A stretch of 64,000 nt of DNA from Sphaerodactylus townsendi. Its lineage: Eukaryota. The notes under the pieces were generated by a model. It was not told where the DNA came from. It did no database searches and saw only the letters and a list, made by a program, of their open reading frames with translations. How positions within the stretch are numbered: position 1 is the first letter of the stretch; each line of letters begins with the position of its first letter. This document shows positions 38,801 to 50,689 of the stretch, in pieces. Made by a program: the position numbers and the translations under genes. The stretch is from NCBI RefSeq assembly GCF_021028975.2, contig NC_059438.1, forward strand, positions 25,110,001 through 25,174,000. Reading direction: 5' to 3'.

Positions 38801-41800
38801 AGGGGTGCAGCACTTTGCCTTTGAGCACCACAGAGAGTACCGGCAAGTGCAGTTCAAGTTCTTGGATGTGGTGGAGTCCATGGATCCCAACAACCTTGTG
38901 GTAGGTGTTCAACTGGGCGAGTTGGTGGTGCAGCGTCTGGGACCTTCCAGTGGCAAACCTCTGTGGTACAAAAAGATGGCCACAGAGACGATTCTCCCAA
39001 GATCTGAAATGCAGGATCGCAGATGGAAGATGCACTGAGGTTTTAGTCTCACTGAGGTTTTAGCCTGGCCCACGAGAGCTTTTCTCAGCCCTGGTGCAGA
39101 TTGTAGAAGTAGCAGTCAGTCAGTCAAGTATTTATTGTTTGAGCCATTGGCTATAACAATACAGAGATGCATGCAGTTAAAACATTTAAATTAAAACAAT
39201 AACTTAGTTTTACATTAAAATATAAATTATTTGTGTTTGCAATCTCTTCTTGGCCTTTTGGCTAAGATCAAGTGTAGTGCAGAAGTAGCAGCAACAGACA
39301 AGGATTTATTTCCAAAGCAGCAGTTGCGGAGCATCTCTGTAGTGGCACCAACCAAAGAGCCGCAAAATAACAAGTGTGCTTTTGGCCCTGCTGAGTCCCA
39401 CAGAAAGTTTTGCAAGGCTTTGAGGCTCAGCACATTGGGGTGGGAGGTGGGGATTGCCCTAGCAAAGCATTGTTTTTATTTCTTTACCCCCCTCCATACT
39501 TAACGTCCAGTTTGATAACAAATTCAGGAGGAAGCAGAAGCTCACTCTGCTTTTGTGGCTAATTGGTTGATCCTGATGGACGACATGACTGTTGTGTTTG
39601 GAGCAGGGACTCTGTGCCCTTCTGCCTCTCTCAAGCTCGTTCATCACCCCACGCCCTGTGGAAATAGTCTTCTTTTTCAGAGGCCCTTTAGTTTGCCGCC
39701 ATCACAACATTCTGAGGTCAGAAGTTCTGTAAGTTGGCTGCGCATCCTTCCTCTTCTTCCCCCAAAAAACAAATTTGGGATGGAACACAGTTGAGAGTCT
39801 GACCTGCCTGTCCTTGTTCAACAGGGGTGGAAAGCATCTGGCCTTGTTGCTCTTTGGAGCAGAGTTGTGATGAGGTCTGCAGAAGCTGCATTCATATCCA
39901 CACACACACACATAGCGCTTGAGTCCTGCCTGGGGGCTTGCTGGTTGGGAGGACCCTGCCTAATTGGACAAGAATCTGCTGGCAGGCAATTTTCCCAACT
40001 TGAGGGGGAGGGGGGAGAGTGATGCTTCAGGAGCAAGAATTGGACAGGCAGTTGTGCTATTTTTGAATTTTTCATTGCTTTGGGAAAAGATGCCTAATTT
40101 CTCTTGGTACTTAGAACAGACGCTCCTTTCAGGCTTTAATTAGGCACGCCAGAGCGAGTTAAGCACGGCAACAGCTTGGACTGTTGGAGGTACAAAGGAG
40201 ACAAAGAGCAAGATGGTTCCATGGCCTAATATTAGCGTAATGATGGAGACACTGACTGGCCCGGAGCCCAGCCCGATGCCCTTCCTGATAAGGTGAACGT
40301 GCCTTATCTTTGAAACTTCCATGCTGGCTCTTGCACACAGAGAGGATTTTGTCCAGGGCAGAGGCCTCCGTCGGCTTCCCAAAATAGCTCTTACATCGCC
40401 CACCTCATCCGCCATGGCTGAGAGGATTGCGGACAGCAGCTGGCAAGGATGAGCTAGCCAATCAAAGACAGTTCTGAGAGCCATCACCACTGGCATCGGG
40501 GCTGGGAACAGGACATGGCACGAGCTTTCAGCTGCCCCCAGTTCCTTGTCTGCCTTAAATGCCTCTCTCCACCTTGGGCAAGTTCCCCTTCAGGACAGAT
40601 GCCTGCAGGCCACACTGGTGGAGGACCCAGGCGGCACCTCAGGCTTTGCCTGGTGGGCTGGAGGGACGCAGCAAGCTCCCAGTCCTGCCCCTGGGTTCAT
40701 AAGTGGGGGTCCTCCACCGTTGGGAGGCAGGAAGGGTTCTGTGTTCCTCTCTCAAGAGCTGCCTGGAGAATCCCTCACCAACCTCCAGCCATTCTCTCTC
40801 TCTCTCTGTCTGCCGGCAGCTTCTGCTCCAGATGAACCCCTACCATGTGGACTCACTGCTGCAGCTCAGCGACGTGTGTCGGATGCAAGAAGACCAGGAG
40901 ATGGCCAGAGACCTTGTGGGTAAGAAGCGCAGGGCAGCCACGAAAGGCTGCCTCGCAGGGTTGCTGGGTGCCTTCCGGGGCCATCCCTAGATGAGGCCTC
41001 TGCTCCCAGAGGTGGGCACTAGTAACAGATGCAGGGGTGCCTTCTAAGGAGTATTGTAGGTGACTGAGCTCATGGGGCAAGGGCGGGGCGCAGGTTCATG
41101 TCTGGGATCAACCAGTCCCCTACACTGTGCCTAGTCATTTTATTCAGAAAAAAAATGTTGCTTGTCCAGGAACCTGCCCGAGGTGACTTACAATTTAAAA
41201 AAAACATTAAAAGATACTGATTAAAATCCAGCATTAAAAACCCAGCCATGCATAAAAACATAGACCAAAAGAACAGACCATTGACAGCTTAAAATACATT
41301 TCTGGACTAAAGTGGTATATTAAAAAAAACCTGAGTGAATATAAATGATTTGGCCTGACACCTAAGAGAGCAACACGGGCACCACGCTAGCCTCAAGGGG
41401 AAGGGCATTCCGTAAGCTAGGGGCCACCACAGAAAATGCCCTGTGTCTGATTGCCGTTCACCTCATCTCTGGAGGTGCAAGCACAGAGAGCAGGACTTCT
41501 GAGGCAGATCTTAACTCGTGGCCTGGATAATACAGGTGGCCGCGGTCCTTTGGGTGCCCTGGCACCATTCAGGGCGGAGTTTTGGAGGCCTTTATCCTGA
41601 TGGGATCCGGTACAGCCAATTACAGCTGTCTAAACCAGCACCATACTAGAGTCACAGTTGCTTCCTGAGCACCTGAGATTTTTAAATGTTCCTGCTTAAA
41701 AGTTTGTCTGTTTTTACATTCACTTAATTGGGAGCCTTGATCATGTGGATAGGCAGCATAAAAATGTGTGTATATATATATATGCCACTGGTGTATACCA

Positions 41801-44800
41801 TTTTAATGTATATTTTTGTTTAAATGTAAGTAATTTTGGCAATAATAATATGCTATAATGTGTTCAGTGATAATACATTATTAGAAAATTCAGTGTTTTC
41901 AAAGTTATAAGATTTAATTTAATATACAACCATGCTGGTAGTTCCACCTGTTGTGACATATGAGACTCTTTCTGTCCACATAATAGACTGAAGCATTGCC
42001 AGGACAGAAGCATTTCCTTCCAGTGTTTTGCAATGTGTTTCCCTATATCCATGGTAGCGAACCTTTGGCACTCCAGATGTTATGGACTACAATTCCCTTC
42101 AGCCCCTGCCAGCATGGCCAATTATAGTCCATAACATCTGGAGTGCCAAAGGTTCGCCACCACTGCCCTATAACTTATGGTTTGTTTGGGAATGTGTATC
42201 TCTTGATTTTAAACTTCTATAGTACCTCACATTCCTTGGGGCAGAACATGATCTCTTAGTCCTGTCAGTCAAATGACTACCAAAATTTAAATGGCTGCCG
42301 TGGTCCTCTGCCCCGTTCTTCTGCCTCTTTCCCAGAGAGAGCCCTCTACACCCTGGAGTGCGCCTCTCACCCCTTGTTCAGCCTCACCAGCGGGACCTGC
42401 CGGCTCGACTACCGGAGGCCAGAGAACAGGTAGGAGGTCACAATTGTGTACCAGCTGCGCTCCTGCACTGTGATGGGTGGGAGATGGGCCACTGGGCTGG
42501 AAGTGGGCCTCCCCTCCCCCGCCCTGCCCCAATATATTCTGTGTTCTTAATTGCTCAGCCAGTTGTGGTTCAGGAAGCATTACTGGGCCTTAACTGAGTG
42601 CTCTTTCTCTGTCAATCCAGACTGACTGTGGGCCTGGTCTGGATGAGACTCCCCCACCACCTCACCCCCCCTCATCTTAACTGGCACCTGGATTAGAGGT
42701 TTCCCTGTTTTGGATCAGCAGCACGCTTTCCCCCTGAGAGAGTCTGTGTTGTGCATAAGAGTCAGCAACCGGCCTTTCCTTCTGCTGTCTCCCGCAGAGC
42801 TTTCTACCTGACCCTCTTCAAGCACATGATTTTCCTGGAGAAGAGAGGGTGCACACGTACCGCTCTGGAGTTCTGCAAGCTCATCCTCAGGTAATTGCTG
42901 TGGGTCAGAAGGGCGTGAGAGCAGGGGAAAGGTTGACCAGCAATCCCCCCCCCCTCCTGCCACCTGGCCAAAGAGTGCCCACTCTGCATCGCTCCACTCA
43001 CGAGACCCAGCCAGGAAGGGCCGTTCCACTGTCCTGCAGTACACCTTGGCCAGGATTGCTGCCGCCAGCCAGAGAAGCACCGGTTGGACACAAGAGGCAG
43101 AGGCGTGGCCAGGCCTCGAGGCTTTATAGCAGCCTTCTTTTTCTCTCCCTCCACAGCCTGGACCCGGAGAATGACCCTTTGTGCATGCTGCTGGTGATTG
43201 ATTTACTGTCGCTGCGAGCAAAGGAGTATGCCTTCCTGACACGCATCTTTCAAGAGTGGGAGGTGAGCTGCCTGGGGGCCAGTTTGGGTCTGCTGGACTT
43301 GCAGGCGGGGCTTCATGGGAGAGCAGCCGCTTGCAGCTGGTGCTGTGTGCCTTTGGCCAGTGGGGCTGGAGGGGTGACTACGTGGGCTCTTGCGAAGGGG
43401 GTGGGAAGGACTGCATCAGAGGTCTTCCCACTGGGTTGCAGAGAGTTGCTCGAGATTGTGCCAGCTGTTGTGGTCTTTGCGGGGAGGGCCTAAGTCAGTG
43501 GTGGCAAACCTATGGCACGGGTGCCAGAGGTGGCACTTGGAGCCCTCTCTGTGGGCACGCGCACACAGAGTTGTCATGTGGGGGGCGGAAAATCACCCCC
43601 CCACACACACACACACACATCTAGGCTGGCCTGGGCCACTGAGCACGACGTGCACACACCGCGGTGAGCAGGGAGGATTTGGCTGGCGGGCCTGGTGCCT
43701 GTGCTCCGGTGGCTGCTGCCCAACGGGGGAGGGAGGGGGGCACAGAGGAGGCAGAGATGCTAGAGAGGCACAGAGCAGTGCTCATGAGACTTGCTGGAGG
43801 CTAGAGCAGACTGGTCCCTGCTTGAGCGGGTGGGGCGGAGGAAGAGGGAGCCAACCGTTTTTTTCTAAACTAAAACCTCAGCATTCAGGTTAAATTGCCG
43901 GGTTGGCACTCTGCGATAAATAAGTGGGGTTTGGGTTGCCATTTGGGCACTTGGTCTCAAAAAGGTTCGCCATCACTGGCCTAAGTTCTTCTCACTGCTT
44001 TTCTCTGCAGTTGGGAATTGGTCCCTCTGATGTTCGGGTCCCTCTGATGCAGCTCCCCGCAGTGGCACAAGGGGCCACCCACAAAGAAAAGGGAGGTGGC
44101 TGCAAAGCCAGAGGGACACCTGGCACGCAGACAAGGGTGGCTGAGCCCCCGACACCCCAGGGGCTGAGAGCTGCATCCGCCCTCCTGCTCTTCTGGGGCT
44201 GACAGCATCACCCCCAAGAGCTCCAGGGTCCCCCAACTCTGCCTGTTGATACGCGGAGGGTGAGGGGCTGCTTCTGGCACTGCTGGAGCCTGATAATTGC
44301 TGCTTAATCCCCTCCATCCCATCGCCTTCTCCTTCACTGTGTCTCTTACTTGAAGACTTCTAGAGTGGGGAAGGGAACTCTCCCCCCCTCCCCAGTGAAT
44401 AGTTTTCACCTGCACCCCTTCCGCCCTTGACGCCCTTTGACATCAGAGGTTCAGGCTGGTGCACCTTTTGTTCAGACAAAGATGCAGTTTTGCTGGGGGT
44501 CTTGCAAGGAGACAGCTGCAGCTGGGGAGGGACAGGGACAGGGAAAACGATGGCAGTTCCCCCTGCTGGCCACAGGAAGGCCTCCTCCCCGAGGCCTGCT
44601 CCTGATTGGTGCTCCAGCTGCCGGTCTTCAGGGTTGGGTGCTTGAGGACTGGCTTTTTTGGAACCAGGCCGGCTGATGATGGCTTTTCCTCCTCAGAGTC
44701 ACCGGAACCTCTCTCAGCTGCCCAACTTTGCCTTCTCAGTCCCTCTGGCATATTTCTTTCTCAGCCAGCAGGAAGATGTCTCAGAAGCAGAGTCCAGCCA

Positions 44801-47800
44801 CGCTCACGAGAAAGCCTCCGATCTCGTTCGGCAGGCGCTGATCATGTTTCCGAGTGGTGAGTTGGAAGCCGGGGGGAGATTACGCAGAGATGCCAGGCTG
44901 GGCCCTGGAAGGGAAGCCGGAGACCTCTGTGTGCCCAGCAGGGGTGTCGTTTGGGGCCCCATTCAGCAGAGAGCTTGATGTGCACTTGGGTGCAGGGTGA
45001 CTCACAAAACCAGGGCGGAAACCGTCAAAGGGGTTGGTCCTGGGCCATCAAAGAGAGGTTGAACTTCCTCGTCCCTAGCGGTGGTTAGCAATGGAAGTGG
45101 AGTCACCAAGCCTCCTCCCTTGGGGTTTTCCCCTATTGATGGAGCTGCCCTCTGCTTGCGGGGGAGGGGGTTCAGGTGCTGCAGAAGTCCAGGCAGCAGG
45201 AATGCAGACTAGAGACTCCAGGTATTTGTACTGGGCAAGTTGGTGAGAGCAGCCCTTGCTATGTAAAGAAGAGGTGGAAGAGGGTGTTGCATAGATTCAC
45301 ACCTCTTGACAAGGGAGGGTCAGTGGGGTGGTTACTCCCTCCCCCCCCCAGTTCTCTTGTGCTGAATAAAACCTGGTTTATATTGCCGAAGGCTTTCATG
45401 GCCGGAATCACTGGGGTGTTGTGGGATTTCTGGGCTGTATGGCCCTGTTCCAGTTGTGGCAAACCTTTGGCACTTGTAGTCCATAACATCTGGAGTGCCC
45501 AAGGTTCGCCACCACAGCGTAGGATTTTCTCCTGATGTTTCACCTGCATCTGTGGCTATCATCTGCCACCAGATCCTCTGAAGATGCCAGCCACAGATGC
45601 AAGCGGAACGTCAGGAGAAAATGCTACTGGAACACGGCCAATACAGCCCGGAAGTCCCACAACCCCCCAAACCCTTGTTTCTTCCTGCTTCACAGTTGCT
45701 CAGAAAGACAGTGGCATGAATCCGCAGAAGAGGGTGTCTGCTTTCAGCCCCATTTCTCATGACCCACTCTCTGTGTTTCTGGCCTCACCTGCCCTCCAGA
45801 GCCCTGCCTGACTTTGCCCAGCTATTGCAGATGTGGGCACCCTGCTCTTTGCCACCCTGCTGCTCCTGCTGCTGCTGCTCTTGCCCCTGGGGGGTGGGCG
45901 GAGAACTTTTCTCTATCCCACCCGCACAAGGGTCACTGTTTGCTGAACAACTGTTAGCTTTGTTAGGCAAGAATATCTGTTTCATTGGAGAGGGGGGGGG
46001 GAGTCTAGTTTGTGTATACCCATGACAGGGAGCGTCCTTTCAACATTTGTCAGCTTAAAATAAACACTTGGGAGCTGCTGTGGGGTGGGGTGTGTGTTGT
46101 GTTTTCCTTGCCTTTTTTCCCATTACTTGGGCCAGGACCTGCCACTGCCTGTATTCTGTTCCAGGCCAACTCACTTTGTTCAGAATCTGGTTCAGGGGAG
46201 GTCTTGGGGGTTCTGCCTGTTTTGTGGGGGCTGCGTCCCACTCTCACAGCCCCAGTACGAGCTGTACTGGATGGCTGGCTGTCAAGGGTGCTCTTTGGCC
46301 CCAGATGAAGTGGTAGGGAAGGGATGACTTAGGCCCGTGGTGGCGAACCTTTGGCACTCCAGATGTTTTGGACTACAATTCCCATCAGCCCCTGCCAGCA
46401 TGGCCATGCTGGCAGGGGCTGATGGGAATTGTAGACCATAACATCTGGAGTGCCAAAGGTTCGCCATCACGGACTTAGGCACTGGAGAAAAGCAAGCCAG
46501 GCCGCTGCAGCCCTCGGCCCCTAGGGTGTCAGGGGCCCAGCCAGGCTTGTCTGTATGTCAGATGTTCCTTTGGCTTGGCAGCAGTCTCCCTTTTCTTTGC
46601 AGGGGGCCCCTTTCACCCCTGTGGGGAGCTTCAGGGGACCCCGTCACATCAGAGGGACCGATTCCCAACCGCAGAGAATGTTAGAGCCTCCCCTCGAAGA
46701 CCCACAACAGCCAACACCTTCTCAAGCAACCCTCTGGGTTTGATTCTCTGCTCTGCCACCTGAGCTGTGGAGGCTTATCTGGGGAATTCAGATTAGCCTG
46801 TGCACTCCCACACACGCCACCAGCTGGGTGACCTTGGGTTAGTCACAGGTTCTGGGAGCTCTCTCAGCCCCACCTACCTCACAGGGTGTTTGTTGTGAGG
46901 GGGGAAGGGCAAGGAGATTGTAAGCCCCTTTGAGTCTCCTGCAGGAGAGAAAGGGGGGATACTTTTTCTTCTTCTTCTTCTTCTTCTTCTTCTTCTTCTT
47001 CTTCTTCAACCCAAAGAGCTAGGAAGGCGGGGGCTTCCCCCAGCCGTCCTGGGTGGTGCAACACGGCTGTGACTCGCTTTCTGAACTACGGCTTTTTTTA
47101 AAAAACCTCCTTGTCCCTCTTGTAGTTCTGATGCCTTTGCTGGACCACTGCAGCGTGCAGCCGGACGCGATGGTGGCCTCCCACTCGTTCTTTGGGCCAG
47201 ATGCCCAGTTAAGGTACAATATGGCTGGGGGCCGCTTTGCACTTCCGAGCGAGAGAGGAAGGAGCCCAGTAGCTCAGCAGCTGAGTCTGTGGAGTCCCCG
47301 GAAGAAAGTTGGAAGGCAGGAGCTTGAGGGGTAGTGGAAAGAGAGCTGGGGACGCAGGGTTTTTCTGCAGACCCCTGGAAAGGTGTTGGGTCCAAGAGTT
47401 GACACCCATGAGCTAACCATAAACCCTCCAGCCCTGCAGGCCATCAAAAAGAACCTGCGGGCAAGGTGTCACTGCGCTCCTTTTCTCCCCTGAGCGATGG
47501 CCTCTGTGCCTCCACTATAGCAGAATCTTGTCCGTCTAGCTCCTAGACACCTTTGTGATAAAATGTCTAGAATCTTTTGCACCCCTGCAGGAAGTCTCTG
47601 GTTCTTCCTGGCAGTTGGCTTTTGTGTTGGGGGGGAGGTGAGGGGCCAGCTGTGCCTGAGAGAGCTCTGCAGGAAGGGGCTGGTTGCCCTCCATGGGGGC
47701 CACCCACAGCCAAGCTCTGCTGTGTCTTGGCTGCCCAGCGGCGGAATTTTTCCCTGGGACTTTGCTCCCTCCAGACCCCTCTTTTGCGCTGACCGTCTGC

Positions 47801-50631
47801 CCACTCCTGCAGCTCACCTCCTGCTCTGAGCCAGCTGGTTGCTCTGTACTTGGGGCGGACTCACTCCCTGTGGAAGGACCCGGCTGTCATGGCCTGGCTG
47901 GAAACGAACGTCCATGAAGTGCTGCGAATGGTGGATGCCAACAACCCAGCCTTGGAAGAGGCCGAGCAGAAGTGAGTCCGACTGAGTCCTTGAGGGCAGA
48001 CCTGCTTCCCCGCCCTCACTCCAAGGGCTTCTCGGCCATTTGCCCCGTTAGCATCCTGCCCCCTTGTCTTCAGTGGTGGATTGTGCTATGTGGCTGGGGA
48101 TCTGCTTGCCACTTGATTTGCTGGGGTGGGGCCTGAAAGAGATTTTTAATCTGGGTCTGTCTCAAGTTAGCCAGAACACGAGTGCCGCTGGATCCAGTAG
48201 TCTGTGAACACCCCTGGAGGCCCAGGCAAGGTCTGAGGGAGGGCTCTTGGGAAAGGGAGCCAGGCCACAGGCCCCAAGGGAAAAGGGTCTTGTTTGTTCC
48301 ACCCTTCTGTTGCTGGATCCATTGATCGATGCCTCTTTAACATTGGATCCACAGGCGGAAGGTGCGGTACCAGAGTGCTCCCAGGAGCATCTACCGCCAC
48401 GTGATCCTCTCGGAGATCAGGGAAGCCACTGCAGCGCTGCCTCTGGTGAGGGCTCTGAGTGGGTGAATTGGTGTGTGGGGGGGTGTTGTTGGCGCATTTC
48501 CTCATCCTGACTCCCAGACCTCCCCAGCCTCGCTTCTCCAGGTCCAAGGCTGGCTTGCCCTGTGGCCCAGTCTGGGCAACCCCACCTTGAGCAGGGGCCT
48601 TCCCTGATCCTCTTGCCAGGGGCCTTGGCCATGCGTTGAGCTCCACCCTCTCCCCCACGTCACTGTCTGGAGTGGCAGGGGACCCTAGTCCTGGTCCAGC
48701 TTCTGCTGGCTCAGAAGAAAGGCCAGCCTGCAAGAATGCTTGGGGCCTTGGCAGCCTGCCAGCCTCTGGTGTCCTTTTGGCATGACCCAGGATGCCCAGG
48801 GCCAAAGTGGCACAGAGCAGCAGAATCAAGGAAAGGGGGCTCCTTTGGGACGTGGGCAAAGGAGCTGCAGTGGTCCTGGGGAAACAAGGCTGGAGAGGGC
48901 TGGCAGCTGGGCACAAAGTTGTGGTTTTCTGCCACCGGTCTGACCTGGACATTCTTTGCTTCCCTCACTTCAGGAAGTGACTTCTCAGCCTATCATGGGG
49001 TTTGATCCACTGCCGCCTCTGGACTCCATTGTGTCCTACACACGGCCAGAAAGGTATTCCTTCTTGCTCTGCTTCTGACCTGCTCTATGCCTCCATCTTG
49101 TGTGGAGCGGGGAGGCAGAGGAGGGCAGGACGGTTCGGATGCTGACCTGGCTCCCTGAGGCTAGACATGTCCAGGCCTCCTCTCTTGGACTTGAGTAGCC
49201 CTCTAGACATTGTCCCTCCTCCAGAGCGAGCGCTTTGGCAGAGCTTGGACCCCTCTGAGGAAGGGTGTCTCCTGCCCCCTTTTCCTGGGAGAGCCAACTT
49301 GCAACTTCTGCCTCCCCTTTTGCAGGGCCGCGCGACCATCCAACGAAAGCACTTTGTCGCTCTTCTTTCGCTCATTGCTGCCGAACTTCCACTTACAAGT
49401 ACGTTGAGCGCGGGAGCCGCTGGCCTGGCCACAAAGCCCACTCCACCCACTGTGTGTATGTGGGGGGAGATTTGCAACTGTTGTTGCCCCTGGCGGGCAC
49501 AGTGCAGCAGCCAGGACAGGGTGTGGGGAGGCTGCCAGGTCCTGTGCTGAGAAAAGGGGAAGGTTTCTGTGGAACAGAGCTGGGCGCCTGCCAGTCTGCA
49601 GGGCACATTTCAGTTTGGATCCAGTGAAAATATTTTGCCCTGTCTCAGCTGGGAGGAGAAGCAGCCTTGACACACCTAGCCCTGTGCTGCTGTCGGGGGC
49701 TCTGGAGGGAAGGGGCCTCTGAGGGCCTGCACTACCCTGTTTCCCCGAATATAAGACATCCCCGGAAAATAAGACATAGTAGAGGTTTTGCTGAAGTGCG
49801 AAATATAAGGCATCCCCCAAAAGTAAGACGTAGCAAAGTTTTTGTTTGGAAGCATGACAGACGAACAGAACAAAGAAAAATAAGACATCCCCTGAAAATA
49901 AGACATAGCTCATCTTTGCGAGCAAAAATTAATATAAGACACTGTCTTATTTTCGGGGAAACACGGTAGTTTCTGCAGCGACTCTCAGAGTCGGGGCTCC
50001 CCAAGGTTATCAAGTCCCTTGAGAATGCAGCCTTGGCCACTCCTGCTGTCAAACACAGGAAGAAGAAGGACGCTCTTGTTCTTCCGGACTGCACTTGCCA
50101 GTGGGCACAACCCTGCCAGCTGCCTGGCTGTGCCTCAAGACTGGGATTGGAAGGGATTGGAATGCACACAAGTGGAAGGGGGGTCCAGGTCAGCAGCTCA
50201 GGCAAGGAGGAAATGGTATCCAAGTAGGTTACGAGCCCAGAGTCTCGGTTGTGCTCATTGATGGTGCATCCAGCCACCTACGCAAGGGCCGTGCCGAACT
50301 TCTAGCCGACCAGGGCCTGGGGGGGCCAGTGGGGTTTCTGCAACGGCCACTGTGCTTGTGTCTGCCCTCTGCCAGAGACGTGCCTTTCTGGAGGCAACTG
50401 CCAGCCCCCCAGCCTTGCCCTGCCCTCCTGCTGCGATCGGGGGTCTCACGGTGTGTTGCCTTTCAGGGAGAAGTTGGAGCTGCTGGAGCGGAGGAGCCGG
50501 GCGCAAGGCAAGACCTGAACCAGGGCGTGAACCGGCTGATGGCAGCCATGCGCGACATGCTGGCCAACATCCAGTTCCAGGAGCCCCCCCATGAAGACAA
50601 TCCTGAGGGGGGTGGGGAGGAATGGGACTGA
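32569..50631 (+). CDS. TCF25: Transcription factor 25 / ribosome quality control subunit (Rqc1 homologue), 689 aa, 18 exons
   Basis: Exons 32569-32772, 34728-34892, 35317-35391, 36012-36148, 36552-36617, 37643-37725, 38770-38900, 40820-40919, 42336-42429, 42798-42890, 43157-43262, 44697-44856, 47126-47213, 47813-47971, 48355-48445, 48974-49053, 49326-49398, 50467-50631. Total 2070 nt in frame. [49 protein letters not shown], ..EEWD match mammalian TCF25. Confidence 0.96.
32632..32670 (+). repeat. Coding (GAG)n microsatellite, poly-Glu13 in TCF25 exon 1
   Basis: (gag)11 gaa gag. Confidence 0.95.
33134..33489 (+). mobile_element. CR1 LINE 3' end
   Basis: Encodes [38 protein letters not shown] (CR1 ORF2 C-terminus). 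(ttcttatg)n tail. Confidence 0.88.
34155..34296. mobile_element. PIF/Harbinger-type MITE
   Basis: TIR ggccccttccgcaca/tgtgcggaatgagcc. 3-bp TSD taa. Confidence 0.8.
35538..35820 (-). mobile_element. tRNA-derived SINE, older subfamily
   Basis: Diverged reverse complement of the 15781 SINE. Confidence 0.7.
37269..37409. mobile_element. PIF/Harbinger-type MITE, inverted relative to the 34155 copy
   Basis: About 3 differences from the reverse complement of 34155-34296. 3-bp TSD ttt. Confidence 0.8.
38470..38764 (+). mobile_element. tRNA-derived SINE abutting TCF25 exon 7
   Basis: Near-identical to the 15781 copy. Flanked by tctagg direct repeats. Confidence 0.9.
39116..39241 (-). mobile_element. 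Short LINE 3' end with aataaa and (ctga)n tail
   Basis: Minus strand ...tagccaatggctcaaacaataaatacttgactgactgac. AT-rich body. Confidence 0.6.
39242..39278 (+). pseudogene. U2 snRNA 5' fragment (nt 1-37)
   Basis: atctcttcttggccttttggctaagatcaagtgtagt versus U2 ATCGCTTCTCGGCCTTTTGGCTAAGATCAAGTGTAGT: 35/37 identity. No further U2 sequence follows. Confidence 0.9.
41150..41570 (-). mobile_element. L2 LINE remnant
   Basis: Minus strand agggcattttctgtggtggccc (RAFSVVA), typical of the L2 ORF2 C-terminus, followed by a T-rich 3' UTR. Confidence 0.6.
42049..42165. mobile_element. Palindromic hAT MITE, family A (internal deletion)
   Basis: Same termini. TSD ccctatat/ccctataa. Confidence 0.88.
43496..43978. 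mobile_element. Non-autonomous hAT element, family B
   Basis: TIR cagtggtggcaaacct/aggttcgccatcactg. Perfect TSD gcctaagt. Confidence 0.9.
45389..45670. mobile_element. Fold-back Penelope-like element with a nested, truncated family-A MITE (45451-45517)
   Basis: Left and right halves are inverted copies. Contains ctgaaga...ggaacgtc hammerhead-like core. Confidence 0.6.
46335..46472. mobile_element. Palindromic hAT MITE, family A
   Basis: Hairpin. Perfect TSD acttaggc. Confidence 0.92.
46734..47006 (+). mobile_element. tRNA-derived SINE, 5'-truncated, long (ctt)n tail
   Basis: Matches the 15781 copy from the B-box onward. Confidence 0.88.
49735..49966. mobile_element. Tc1/mariner-pogo type MITE
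   Basis: TIR ccctgtttccccgaatataagaca/tgtcttattttcggggaaacacgg. TA TSD. Internal aaaataagacat repeats. Confidence 0.85.
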
Positions 50632-50683
50632 CCCTGAGCCCCTCGCTCCTCCCCCCCTCCCCCTGTAATCTCCCTGGTCATGT

Positions 50684-50689
50684 AATAAA
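50684..50689 (+). terminator. TCF25 polyadenylation signal
   Basis: tgtAATAAA about 50 nt after the stop codon. Confidence 0.6.

Noticed and set aside
39242-39278. Functional U2 snRNA gene
   Set aside because: Only 37 nt, with no Sm site or 3' stems, and it sits inside a TSD-flanked insertion.
43488-46480. Identical inverted TSDs (gcctaagt/acttaggc) of two hAT elements as evidence of a transposase-mediated inversion
   Set aside because: Each element has its own intact TSD pair, the sites are not at homologous positions of the inverted repeat, and target bias makes coincidence plausible.
49054-49064. Donor gtattccttc as a possible U12-type intron
   Set aside because: Does not match RTATCCTTT, and no U12 branch consensus lies near the acceptor.
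49735-49966. Regularly spaced aaaataagacat repeats as a CRISPR-like array
   Set aside because: They are sub-terminal repeats inside a TA-flanked MITE in eukaryotic DNA.
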